Positions 1 to 8,999 of a stretch of 43,940 nt of DNA are shown here, piece after piece. A model generated the notes under the pieces. That model saw nothing but the letters and a program-made list of their open reading frames with translations. It searched no databases and was not told where the DNA came from. A program made the translations under genes and the position numbers. Each line of letters begins with the position of its first letter. The stretch's first letter is position 1. Source of the stretch: Candidatus Micrarchaeota archaeon (GTDB taxonomy: Archaea > Micrarchaeota > Micrarchaeia > Burarchaeales > JAKAKT01). The stretch lies in NCBI GenBank assembly GCA_964649265.1, contig CAZYPB010000003.1, forward strand, positions 1-43,940, in the 5' to 3' direction.

Positions 1-61
1 ATCGGGTCATCGGTCAAAAAGGCGTCCATTAGCTTGACTGGCTCTTTTCCATACTTTTCCT

Positions 62-964
62 TCAGTTGTTGAATGTCTCTCCTAGCTCGCAGCCCCAATG
101 GCCGCAGAACGGGTGAACGGTTGTTTCATTATATATTATATTTCCGGAAACTGTATCGAAAACACATTCTCCCTGCATCCAAGGCTTTCCTGAATTTGCA
201 AGTGGGGGCATTCCTCCTGCTGAGTCGGAATTGGAACTGTCTATAGTTGCATTTATTACGCAAACCCCGCCTATGCACACATCAACATGACATTCATCCC
301 AGTAATGCGGCTCGAATACCTCTTCCTCTATAGAACAAGGTTTTCCTGTGAATGCCTCGGAATCATAAACACATACCTTTTGGTCAGGGTCGCAATAATA
401 CAATACGCATGGTTTCTGCTCCCTTGTTAATGGGCCCGCTGGCCTTAAACCGCCGCAGTCCTCATCAACTGTTTCCAATTCGCATGTTGGGCAGGCACCG
501 CAATCAGCAAAGCAATTGGTGCATGTCTCGCTTCCTGCACACACACCATTTCCACAATTCCTGCAATCAGAAGGACAGTTCGTAGGATCTTCGGATCCTT
601 CGCAGAATCCATCCCCGCAAACAGGAGCGCATGCACCACATGCTGCTGGTTCGTTTCTGCAGTCATCCCCGCTTACTGCAAGACATGCTCCGTCAGTATG
701 GCAGTTGCGGCAATCAGAAGCGCATGTAACGCAGTTTTCATTTGCCCCACACCCGCCATTAAAATTGCATGTGCAGTCAGGGCATCCAGTGCCTTCTGAA
801 GGAAACCAAGTAGTTTCTGTTGCATCGGGGTTGCAAATTCCGTCTGCTGCCCCTCCTTCACATGTTGCAGCTTGAGCAAAAGAGATGCCAGAGAATACGA
901 ACATAAGGAAAAATATTACTGAGATAACCCCCTTTCTAGCCAGCACAATATACAATAAATGCAA
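62..964 (-). CDS. secreted cysteine-rich repeat protein (hypothetical)
   Basis: 300-aa ORF. Hydrophobic signal-like N-terminus (VISVIFFLMFVFSGISFAQA). Very Cys-rich body with modules CGDGFCEGSEDPTNCPSDC and CGNGVCAGSETCTNCFADC that recur in the 40336-42108 protein. No enzymatic motif seen. Confidence 0.6.
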   Translation of the reverse strand: MHLLYIVLARKGVISVIFFLMFVFSGISFAQAATCEGGAADGICNPDATETTWFPSEGTGCPDCTCNFNGGCGANENCVTCASDCRNCHTDGACLAVSGDDCRNEPAACGACAPVCGDGFCEGSEDPTNCPSDCRNCGNGVCAGSETCTNCFADCGACPTCELETVDEDCGGLRPAGPLTREQKPCVLYYCDPDQKVCVYDSEAFTGKPCSIEEEVFEPHYWDECHVDVCIGGVCVINATIDSSNSDSAGGMPPLANSGKPWMQGECVFDTVSGNIIYNETTVHPFCGHWGCELGETFNN

Positions 965-1032
965 CTGCTTTTTAATCTTTCTTTTACGCGTGTGAGAGAA
1001 AGCTTATAAAACAGGGTTGGTTAAAAAAAAAT

Positions 1033-4000
1033 ATGCGGAGTGGAATTGTTCTCTCCTTGGTATTTTTGCTTGTTTTATCAGCACCCGCCATAGCTCAGAT
1101 GTGTCCTGTTGAGAGGGTTCCAACTGAATTGGATATGTCCGTTGACAGGAATATTCAGTCCGGGGTTCTAACTGCAACTGCAAAACTCTCGGGAATCGAC
1201 CTTGTTGGGAAAGCAGCTGCTCCGCTTCCTCTAGAAGAGATATATTTTCAGGAATGTTTGGTTGGGAATTATACAGCTGCAACATGCCCTGCGAGTGCGC
1301 ATACCTGCGCAGGTCCTCCTCAAGATTATTGGGAATGCACAACTGGTTGCTGCAGATCGAACATAGTGAAGAAGACTGATGCTGATGGAATTGCAATTGC
1401 TCTTTTCCCATTGGATAATGAGACAATAATTGTTGGTGCTTACATGGGCGGGGATGTTTACCTCCCGAGTAACAGCACTGCAAGTTACCTTTATCCCCCT
1501 CTTTTCGGAAGCCTTGGGATAACCGCGTGCTTCCCTCTTTTCCTAATATTAGGTTTACTCATAATGTCAATGAATGCAATGGGCCAGAGTCCATTGAGGG
1601 CATTTGACTTCTCCTCACTCAGAGCACCCAGAGCGAGGATGAGAGGGGCGACTGCGTTGGTTGTCGGAACAGGGGTGATTGCAGGAGCAATTGCAGCAGG
1701 TAAGGCAATAGGAAAAGCAGGTGAACTTAAGAAGATGGAGAAAGAGGGATTGATAGCGAAAAACAAGGAGACTGGCAGGTATGAAGAAACTGATAAAGGT
1801 AAGAAAGCGGGCATTGCATTAGCTGATGGGCCCGGAGGAACACAGACAGTTCATGATAGAAAGGCAAATCTAAAGAAACTTGAGAAAGAAGGGCTTATTA
1901 GAAAGAACACAGTAACTGGAAAATATGAAATTACAGAGGCTGGGAAAAAAGCAGGGATAGGAACTTTCAAAACAAACACAGGTACAACTAGGTTTTATAG
2001 ATCAATCACAGACAAGGATGGAAATGTAGCTTATGGTTTTGGGAAGGGACATATTAAAGGAAGAGGTGTTTTCGGAAAAGTTATTGATGGTGTTCAATAC
2101 ACTGCTGGTGCTGGATTTGCGAGAAATATGAATCTCACTGGTGGACCTGTTTGGGGAGCTATTGGGGATGGTGCTAAGGCTGGAGCAAAAGTGGTTGCAA
2201 AAGGAGGAGAAACTGTAGTAAATGCACCAGTTGGGGTTGCAACAGGTGGAAAAACAAATCTAGTTAAGTTAGTCGGAAAAGGATTGAAGGGTGCATGGAG
2301 AGGAGTTAGCTCTGCTGCCAAATGGACAAATAAATCACTTGGGGGAGTTCCTAAATTCATTGTTTGGACTGCTCCAAAAGGAGCATATGGTGTTGCCTCT
2401 GGTGATAGAGCTATTGCAATAGATGTTAAGAAAATGAAGAAACCCTGGAAAGCAGTTTCTGTTCCCAAGGCAACTGACATAGGCTTTGGTGTATCTGGGA
2501 AGAGAGCAGAAGCCGTAAAGAACCATAGTCTTTTTAGTATCTATTCAGGTTTGGTTGGAAGCGGAGAGGTTTCAGATTTAAGTGAAATAAAAGATCAGTT
2601 GAAAATAAGAGAGAATGAACTGGTAAGACTTCAAACACAGGGATTTGTTGCTAAGAAGAATGGTAAATGGGTTCTCACAAAATTAGGGGAAGAAAAATCC
2701 AGTAGAGCAAAAGATATGGTAAATGGAAAAATAATTGTTGATAGGAATGGGAATGAAAGGCATATGAGGGGCGTCGGTGGGTTGAGCTTCTCTGTTTTAG
2801 AAGGAATAGCAGATTTAGATGGGAAGAACGTTCACCAAAGTGCTAGTGGGGTTCCATTTGATTTAAGCTCAGGAATGTTTTCTGGAAGTCCGGGCAAAGG
2901 AGTCGTTGTAGAAAGGTATGGGAAAATAAAGGAAGTTGATGGACAGTATGTGATTCAAGCACCTCCGACTCCAGGAACAACTACTGTTGCTTTGATGAGC
3001 GCACTAAGTGTTATTGGTCCTCAGGGATCTCTATTTGGATCTGCCTATGTGATGAAATTCGGTAGGATAGATGAGATAGGTGGGAGTACTTTTGGGGGAT
3101 CCCTTAGGGTTGCAGGCGGGGGAGGAGCATCTGCAGCTGGCTATGAGTTAACGGATGACGAAAAGAATGAATTGAAAAAAGTAGAGAAAACGTTGAGTCC
3201 TGAGAATCTTGAAGCGACAACAAATAATCCTGCAGCGTGGACTGACCCAACAATAATGGCACTAATGCAATCAGGAGCCATAGACCCAAGTAAAATAGTT
3301 GCAATGGGTAGAAACACACAAATACAGGGATACAGACAAGCTGGTTTGATCATGAATGAAGATCAGCTTAGGGCAATGGAAGTTGCACATGAAAAAGCAA
3401 GTTCTTTGAAAGGTAATGATTATGTTTCTTCTTTCACGGATCAGCTTAGACAGGGAGTTACATTAAATGATGAAACCCATGTTCAGTTTAGTGATAGGCA
3501 AGTTCAAACAATTAATTTAGCACTTAACAGACGCAACAAGGAGGAAAGTCTTAATGCAATAGACACGTATTACTCAGGAACTGCAGACCTCCCCAGACAG
3601 GAAAGAGAAATGCGAGACATGGCTACTGAAATGAATATGCATGAGATCAGAGGGAGAGGAACCAGTCTAGGACACATGGCACAGGACAGAGAATTTCATC
3701 AGAAAATACGAGAACGCCTAGATACTGAATCCCAGATAAGAGATGCAGAGAGATTGGATACGCAAACCCCCTGGCTAAAGAAGACATATTCCATAATGAG
3801 TGCAAGCGGACAGGAAGCACATGACGTTAGATTCAGGACAAATAACTTGATAAATGAGTTACGAACTGAAAACAAGGCATTCGAAAATCTTCGATATGCT
3901 GAAGATAGGATGAGGGGAACTCAGGCAATATCTAAAATCAGACAGGATAGAGCTCAACTTAATTCTGACATAGAAAAGTTAAATGCAAATATAGACAATA

Positions 4001-4491
4001 CGGGTGCAGCAATGGATGCTCACCCTGTCGGAAGCCCTGAATTTAATTCTGCCAATGATGAATTCACTAAAAAGATGTGGGAATTGCACGGGGAGGGTGG
4101 AAAAACCACTGAGATGGAGCAACTAAACCAAAACGCAAGAGAAGCAACAAATCATATTGATAACCTATGGCTCAGAAGACACCACAATGAAGAGAAGAAT
4201 ATAGATAACGCACCGAGTTATATTGATAATATTAATAACAATGCGCAACAAGTTGGAACGTCTGCTTTCTTGCACCTGAATTCCACGCAACAAGGAAACG
4301 AACTCTATTCTTCAATTAACAATATGGCTAGAGAAGAGATGTTGGAAGAAGTTGAAGAGAAGATGTCTGACGAACTGCAAAGAATTCGCGAAAGAACTGC
4401 AGATGTAAGAACATTAGGAGATACGCCTGCAGTTAGAGATTATGTTGTTAAGAAAAAACTTGATGAGAAAACAGAAGGAACCTATTCATAA
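1033..4491 (+). CDS. large membrane-anchored protein, unknown function
   Basis: 1152-aa ORF. Signal-like helix (IVLSLVFLLVLSAPAIAQ), Cys-containing ectodomain, hydrophobic helices (ACFPLFLILGLLIMSM; ALVVGTGVIAGAIAAG). Two tandem ~30-aa repeats, a Gly/Ala/Lys-rich segment and a long charged helical C-terminus. No family recognised. Confidence 0.65.
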   Translation: MRSGIVLSLVFLLVLSAPAIAQMCPVERVPTELDMSVDRNIQSGVLTATAKLSGIDLVGKAAAPLPLEEIYFQECLVGNYTAATCPASAHTCAGPPQDYWECTTGCCRSNIVKKTDADGIAIALFPLDNETIIVGAYMGGDVYLPSNSTASYLYPPLFGSLGITACFPLFLILGLLIMSMNAMGQSPLRAFDFSSLRAPRARMRGATALVVGTGVIAGAIAAGKAIGKAGELKKMEKEGLIAKNKETGRYEETDKGKKAGIALADGPGGTQTVHDRKANLKKLEKEGLIRKNTVTGKYEITEAGKKAGIGTFKTNTGTTRFYRSITDKDGNVAYGFGKGHIKGRGVFGKVIDGVQYTAGAGFARNMNLTGGPVWGAIGDGAKAGAKVVAKGGETVVNAPVGVATGGKTNLVKLVGKGLKGAWRGVSSAAKWTNKSLGGVPKFIVWTAPKGAYGVASGDRAIAIDVKKMKKPWKAVSVPKATDIGFGVSGKRAEAVKNHSLFSIYSGLVGSGEVSDLSEIKDQLKIRENELVRLQTQGFVAKKNGKWVLTKLGEEKSSRAKDMVNGKIIVDRNGNERHMRGVGGLSFSVLEGIADLDGKNVHQSASGVPFDLSSGMFSGSPGKGVVVERYGKIKEVDGQYVIQAPPTPGTTTVALMSALSVIGPQGSLFGSAYVMKFGRIDEIGGSTFGGSLRVAGGGGASAAGYELTDDEKNELKKVEKTLSPENLEATTNNPAAWTDPTIMALMQSGAIDPSKIVAMGRNTQIQGYRQAGLIMNEDQLRAMEVAHEKASSLKGNDYVSSFTDQLRQGVTLNDETHVQFSDRQVQTINLALNRRNKEESLNAIDTYYSGTADLPRQEREMRDMATEMNMHEIRGRGTSLGHMAQDREFHQKIRERLDTESQIRDAERLDTQTPWLKKTYSIMSASGQEAHDVRFRTNNLINELRTENKAFENLRYAEDRMRGTQAISKIRQDRAQLNSDIEKLNANIDNTGAAMDAHPVGSPEFNSANDEFTKKMWELHGEGGKTTEMEQLNQNAREATNHIDNLWLRRHHNEEKNIDNAPSYIDNINNNAQQVGTSAFLHLNSTQQGNELYSSINNMAREEMLEEVEEKMSDELQRIRERTADVRTLGDTPAVRDYVVKKKLDEKTEGTYS

Positions 4492-4499
4492 GTGATAGT

Positions 4500-6608
4500 A
4501 TGTTGTTAGTAAGACCAGATGTGGAGGAAAGGCTCAGGAGCGAACTAGCCCTGCTCAGGGAAAAGGCCTCACTCATGGATTCAGATGTTGCAGATAGGAA
4601 ATTGAAGCGGGCAGATGAGCTTGAGAGGAAACTAGATGCATTCAAGCAGCGCGATGAATTCAAGAAAATCTCAGAAGAGTACTGGTCAGACAATGATGTT
4701 CAGCTCTCAACGATGTCAAGTATTTTTGATGAGATAAGCGAGGAGATAGAGAGGATAAACTCTTCGCTTGAGCAGGCGCAGAAGATGAAGAAGAGGAGCC
4801 TCGTTCTCAAACTGCAGAAAAAGGGAAAGGAACTGGATTCTGCACTGAGAAATATTTTTGAGTTCGTTCCATGCGGGGGAAGGACTGGAGGATATGTTAA
4901 GGACGTCTGCGGTGCATGGGCAAAACAGCAGGAAACGAAAAACAGGCTGGAGAGTTTAAGAGAAATAATGGAAAAACATGAGGAAACGGGTATTCCAATT
5001 GAAAAGAGATTAGCTGCAGCTACTAAAAGATTAGAGAGGATTGAGGGTGATTTCAAGAAAAAGAATGCAACTGCTTCTGATGTTCAAACTCAAAGAAACA
5101 GAGTTAAGGAAGTGGAAGAGCAGAAAGCAGCGTTTGAGAGAGAATTAAGTGAGAAAAAACAGAGACTCGCCAGTATGGAGAAATCCTTTGCTGAACTGCA
5201 TGAGAACATTACTAAGACTATTGTGAAACTTTCGAGAATGTCTGAGACAAACAGGTTGTCAGAAGGAGCTGGAACTCCACTTAAAAACATGTATTTGGGA
5301 CAATCGCTTCCGCGAGTCAGGAGGATGATTGGAACTGCTGTTAGAACACTTCCGCGAAAATTACTTGATGATGCTCAGATTGCATCTGTAAAGAAGTATG
5401 AAGAGATCCACTCGAAAGTGGATGAATCAATATTGAAAGCAAAGAACAGTGCAAGGGGAAAACGCTCAAAGGAAGCAGTAGAGGCACTTATGAATGGAGC
5501 AGTTGATCATGATTCAGAGGAGATTAAGCACTGCGCTCAGCTTCTTGAGGATGGGGATATACACCTTGCTGAAAGGGCCGTTGAGCATGCATTCAAAACA
5601 GGGAACATACACCAATACATAAAGGAAGAGCTAATGGGAATCATAAAGGAGATTGAGAAAGAATACGATAAAACGGGGGATGTTTCCAAATTCGAAGGGG
5701 AGCTTAGAAGCGCTGGGAATGCAATGTACTCAACAAGGATAGATGTGATGAGATTCGATTATATTGCAAGCGGAGTCCACTCCCCCAGGATATTCTGGGA
5801 GGATGCAGTTCTTACTTACAACTGGCTTGAAAGCATTGGTATCCTTTTTGAGGAAAGTTTGAAAAAAAATATAGAGAATTCCAGGGGAAAACCTGAATTC
5901 ATGAAAATAGCAAATGTTAATGGATTCACTCCTGAGCAGAAAGAGAATGCAGCTGATCTTATGAACATGCTTTCATTTGAAAGGGAGCTTCTTAAGAAAT
6001 TGAGAAACTCAGAAATTGTAGAGAGAGTGAGGAGATCAGAGGAAAGCATTTCGAGCCTTATAATGGCAAAGGGATTCTTTGATAATCCAATTTTCCTTAA
6101 GAATTTAGAAGAAGGGGAAGAGCATGCAGTTAATATAAAGGAGAGAATATTTGCAAGGGCAGGAGATAACCTTGATGCAATAGAGATATACTTTGACATT
6201 GCAAGAAAGAGAGAATTACTTGGGGAACTTCAAACAGATATGAGTGATGCTGCTGAGGCATTGGGGCAAGTGAAACAATTATGTAATGAAGTTGGGGAAC
6301 TTAAGAAGAGTATTGCGCAGAGCAAAGCAAACAAGGCAATTACTTTGAAGATATCTCTTGGAAGAAAGATAAAGGAACTCGAGGATGTTGTTGAGAGGAT
6401 AATTGGCCAGCACCTCGATGAGGAGGCAATTGCGCAGATATCAGATCCTAAGAAAAGTGGAAAGAAACTCTACGCTGAGATAACCAATATGCCTCTTGTT
6501 GCGCAGGCAGTTAAGAACAGAGTTAATGAAGAGAGAGAGATACTCTCAAAACTTATTGAGAAACCTGAAGAGATGAGTACTCCAATTAACGATATGGCCG
6601 CTGCTTGA
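4500..6608 (+). CDS. coiled-coil protein, unknown function
   Basis: 702-aa ORF starting a few nt after the upstream stop, so probably co-transcribed. E/K/R/L-rich heptad-like composition throughout. No catalytic motif. Exact start uncertain. Confidence 0.6.
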   Translation: MLLVRPDVEERLRSELALLREKASLMDSDVADRKLKRADELERKLDAFKQRDEFKKISEEYWSDNDVQLSTMSSIFDEISEEIERINSSLEQAQKMKKRSLVLKLQKKGKELDSALRNIFEFVPCGGRTGGYVKDVCGAWAKQQETKNRLESLREIMEKHEETGIPIEKRLAAATKRLERIEGDFKKKNATASDVQTQRNRVKEVEEQKAAFERELSEKKQRLASMEKSFAELHENITKTIVKLSRMSETNRLSEGAGTPLKNMYLGQSLPRVRRMIGTAVRTLPRKLLDDAQIASVKKYEEIHSKVDESILKAKNSARGKRSKEAVEALMNGAVDHDSEEIKHCAQLLEDGDIHLAERAVEHAFKTGNIHQYIKEELMGIIKEIEKEYDKTGDVSKFEGELRSAGNAMYSTRIDVMRFDYIASGVHSPRIFWEDAVLTYNWLESIGILFEESLKKNIENSRGKPEFMKIANVNGFTPEQKENAADLMNMLSFERELLKKLRNSEIVERVRRSEESISSLIMAKGFFDNPIFLKNLEEGEEHAVNIKERIFARAGDNLDAIEIYFDIARKRELLGELQTDMSDAAEALGQVKQLCNEVGELKKSIAQSKANKAITLKISLGRKIKELEDVVERIIGQHLDEEAIAQISDPKKSGKKLYAEITNMPLVAQAVKNRVNEEREILSKLIEKPEEMSTPINDMAAA

Positions 6609-7554
6609 GCTTTCTTTTTTTAAGTGAATTCTCATCCCTGCAAAGAAGTACAACCCTGCTTGGTAAATGCTCCTCGGAAACCATGTAACCAGTTAGTTCT
6701 GCGAGTTTTTTTGAGAACTCTGCGATCTCATCGTGCTTAATCATTGAATCAAGCGAAAGATTTCTTCCTGGTTCCCTTGAGCCTCCGACAAACATGAAGC
6801 TCTTAACCTCAACATAATCTGGCGATGCTTTCTCAATCTGTTTTGCGTATCCTTTTGCATTATTGAAGTTTAGGTCCCGTGCAAGAGTCATCCTTAGGAC
6901 TGTCCTTGTTTTTGCGCTTTGCATGAATTCCAGTGATTGCTCTATTCTGCTCCAACCATCCTTTATCCATGGTCTGCAGACTCGATTGTAATTCTCTTTA
7001 TCTGGAGACACCATGGAAATATAGAGTTGTGTTGGGAGAGTCTTTAGGTTCTCAAGCGCTTTCGGGTAGGTTCCATTAGTAACTAGGAATGTCGTCATCT
7101 CCTGTTTTGAGAACTCCTTTAGTAAATCGGATAAATATGGGTAGAGAGTTGGTTCGCCTGCAAGACTTAAGGCAACCTGGGATGGTTGCTTGGATTCCAG
7201 CCACATCTCTTTCTCAACCTTCCCATTTCCCCCATAACCCGAGGTGATTCTATCCTGTTCCCTGAGCATTCCCTCAACAATTGAAAAGGGTTCATCCCAT
7301 TTGTAATCCTTTCCTGGCAATTCCTCATCCTTTAGTTGCGTTCTCCAGCAGAAAGTGCATGCATGTGAGCAGAACTGGAGAGAAGGAGTGCACTGCATGC
7401 ACCTGTGGCTCTGTATTCCATAGAAAGTGTTCTTATAGCAGAAGCGTTTCTTTGTTAGTGCTTCCTTTAGCCATTTGCACCTCTTAACTGCTGAATGCTC
7501 CCCTACAATGTGATAGCCCTGCTTTGTCAGTTTTGCTTTGAAATCAGAGTCCAT
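6586..7554 (-). CDS. taw1: tRNA 4-demethylwyosine synthase (radical SAM, Taw1/TYW1 family)
   Basis: 322 aa. N-terminal GYHIVGEHSAVKRCKW..., then FYGIQSHRCMQCTP and the radical-SAM cluster CSHACTFCWR, typical of archaeal Taw1. Confidence 0.85.
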   Translation of the reverse strand: MDSDFKAKLTKQGYHIVGEHSAVKRCKWLKEALTKKRFCYKNTFYGIQSHRCMQCTPSLQFCSHACTFCWRTQLKDEELPGKDYKWDEPFSIVEGMLREQDRITSGYGGNGKVEKEMWLESKQPSQVALSLAGEPTLYPYLSDLLKEFSKQEMTTFLVTNGTYPKALENLKTLPTQLYISMVSPDKENYNRVCRPWIKDGWSRIEQSLEFMQSAKTRTVLRMTLARDLNFNNAKGYAKQIEKASPDYVEVKSFMFVGGSREPGRNLSLDSMIKHDEIAEFSKKLAELTGYMVSEEHLPSRVVLLCRDENSLKKRKLKQRPYR

Positions 7555-7589
7555 GCAGTAAGTTTAATTGGAAAAAAATAAAAAGAAGG

Positions 7590-8759
7590 TCAGCTGTTCT
7601 CACAGCCATTTGAGAGCATTGTTGCGAAGTCTTTTCCTTTCTCCTCGAAGAATCTCTTCTTTAGTCTGTTCTCGGCTTCCGCTTTCCCGATTTTCTTTAT
7701 GAGTGCTTGCGCTTTGTCTGCTCCCTGAGATTTCTTTACCTCTAAGTATTCCTTGTACTGTGGGTTCAGCTCCAGGTAACCTGGGTAGTATGTCTCGCAG
7801 AGGTTAAGCACCTGAATGTAGACACTTGCTGCTATCCCCACTGTTTTTGCAACATGTGTACTCACAGCATCCTCCTCAACTGCCCTGAATTGGTCCTGCT
7901 CATCTTTCTTCTTCTCCTGGAACCCGTTCTTTGTTTTCTCTTGCCTCTTGTTTAGTAGCCTGTTCATCAGCTTCCTAACCCCGAGCACAGCCCCTGCAAG
8001 GAGTGATGCTCCGGTTACATAGAACAGGTGCTCTATGTCCTGCACTTTTGGATAGTAGGTAGCAGCCAGGTTCATAATCTCTGTTTTAAGTGTTGCTATT
8101 GCAGTTACTGAGACTCCTAAGGATGCCAGCCATGCAGTGACTGATGGAAGCGTTTTCACTGTCTTTGATTTCTCCAGGTATTCCAGGCGCATGTCCCGTA
8201 TATCCCTGTGGTGGTGTATGTTGTCCTTTGTGCATTCTGCTGTTATCTCCAGTTTCCTGTTGAGCAACTTGTTTGATTCCCCTATAGCTATACCTGAAGT
8301 TATTATCAGTGTTCTCACTGCTTGAATGAACGAGCGGGCCCTTTCATCTCGCCTATAGTTCTTATCCAGGTCCGCAAGCTCGTCCATTGCCTTATGGGAG
8401 ATTTTTCTCTTATCGGCATCAGATGATGAGACTCGAGAAATAACAAGCGTGTACCCCAGGGCAGCCAATGGAGTTATTGGTGGGTACTCTGCTTTCTCTG
8501 TTTCCTTCTTCCCAGGTTGCTTTTTTTCTACTTTATTAGCCGTGCTAGGCGTTTTCGGGGTTGCTGGCTTCTTTGGCTTTTTCTCTGGCTCTTTCTTTCT
8601 TGAGCCATTTCCGCCACTAGGGCTATCCATCTTAGCTTTTGGCAGCATATCCGTAACAACGCTGTCGCTGAACAAAGAGACCAATGGGCCTGGAAAGGAC
8701 CTCCTGTAAACGAACCCCCCTTCGTTATCTGTCCCGGTTAAAGGGACTATTGTTTTCAT
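7590..8759 (-). CDS. hypothetical membrane-associated protein
   Basis: ORF track gives 7590-8834. I prefer the ATG at 8759 (MKTIVPLTG...) because 8760-8834 lies in a GC-rich structured non-coding-looking island. Lys/Pro-rich linker (KKEPEKKPKKPATPKTP) and hydrophobic helices. No family recognised. Confidence 0.5.
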   Translation of the reverse strand: MKTIVPLTGTDNEGGFVYRRSFPGPLVSLFSDSVVTDMLPKAKMDSPSGGNGSRKKEPEKKPKKPATPKTPSTANKVEKKQPGKKETEKAEYPPITPLAALGYTLVISRVSSSDADKRKISHKAMDELADLDKNYRRDERARSFIQAVRTLIITSGIAIGESNKLLNRKLEITAECTKDNIHHHRDIRDMRLEYLEKSKTVKTLPSVTAWLASLGVSVTAIATLKTEIMNLAATYYPKVQDIEHLFYVTGASLLAGAVLGVRKLMNRLLNKRQEKTKNGFQEKKKDEQDQFRAVEEDAVSTHVAKTVGIAASVYIQVLNLCETYYPGYLELNPQYKEYLEVKKSQGADKAQALIKKIGKAEAENRLKKRFFEEKGKDFATMLSNGCENS

Positions 8760-8771
8760 CTCTGTTCGGTC

Positions 8772-8915
8772 AACACGTACTTGGGGACTTCCAAACTTGT
8801 GTGCACGGGTTATCGCCCGTGGTCTGCGACCCATACAGCCCCCCTTTCACCCTTACCATGGGAGACATCATACGTGCCACCTCCTCCGCATGCGCTATTG
8901 CGCATCCAAGACCGT
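8772..8915 (-). ncRNA. candidate structured RNA or 5' leader (unclassified)
   Basis: About 58% GC by hand count over 8781-8930, above the AT-rich surroundings. Nested helices: 8772-8779 with 8871-8878, 8783-8789 with 8837-8843, hairpin 8804-8821 (CACGGG-N6-CCCGTG). The three non-Watson-Crick positions are G-U only on the minus strand. The 5' end is a guess. Confidence 0.3.
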
Positions 8916-8999
8916 TACCTTAGGGGTGCCATTAAGATATATGTCTTCGCCAGGTTATTTTATGCAAAAAACAATTCATTTATATACCCTAAGCGATAT

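Noticed and set aside
8781-8999. N-terminal 73 codons of the 407-aa Lrp ORF, and ORFs 8684-8923 and 8797-9006
   Set aside because: The Lrp HTH begins right after the ATGs at 9000/9009. The upstream part is P/H/R-rich, lies in the GC-rich structured intergenic island, and has no protein-like pattern.
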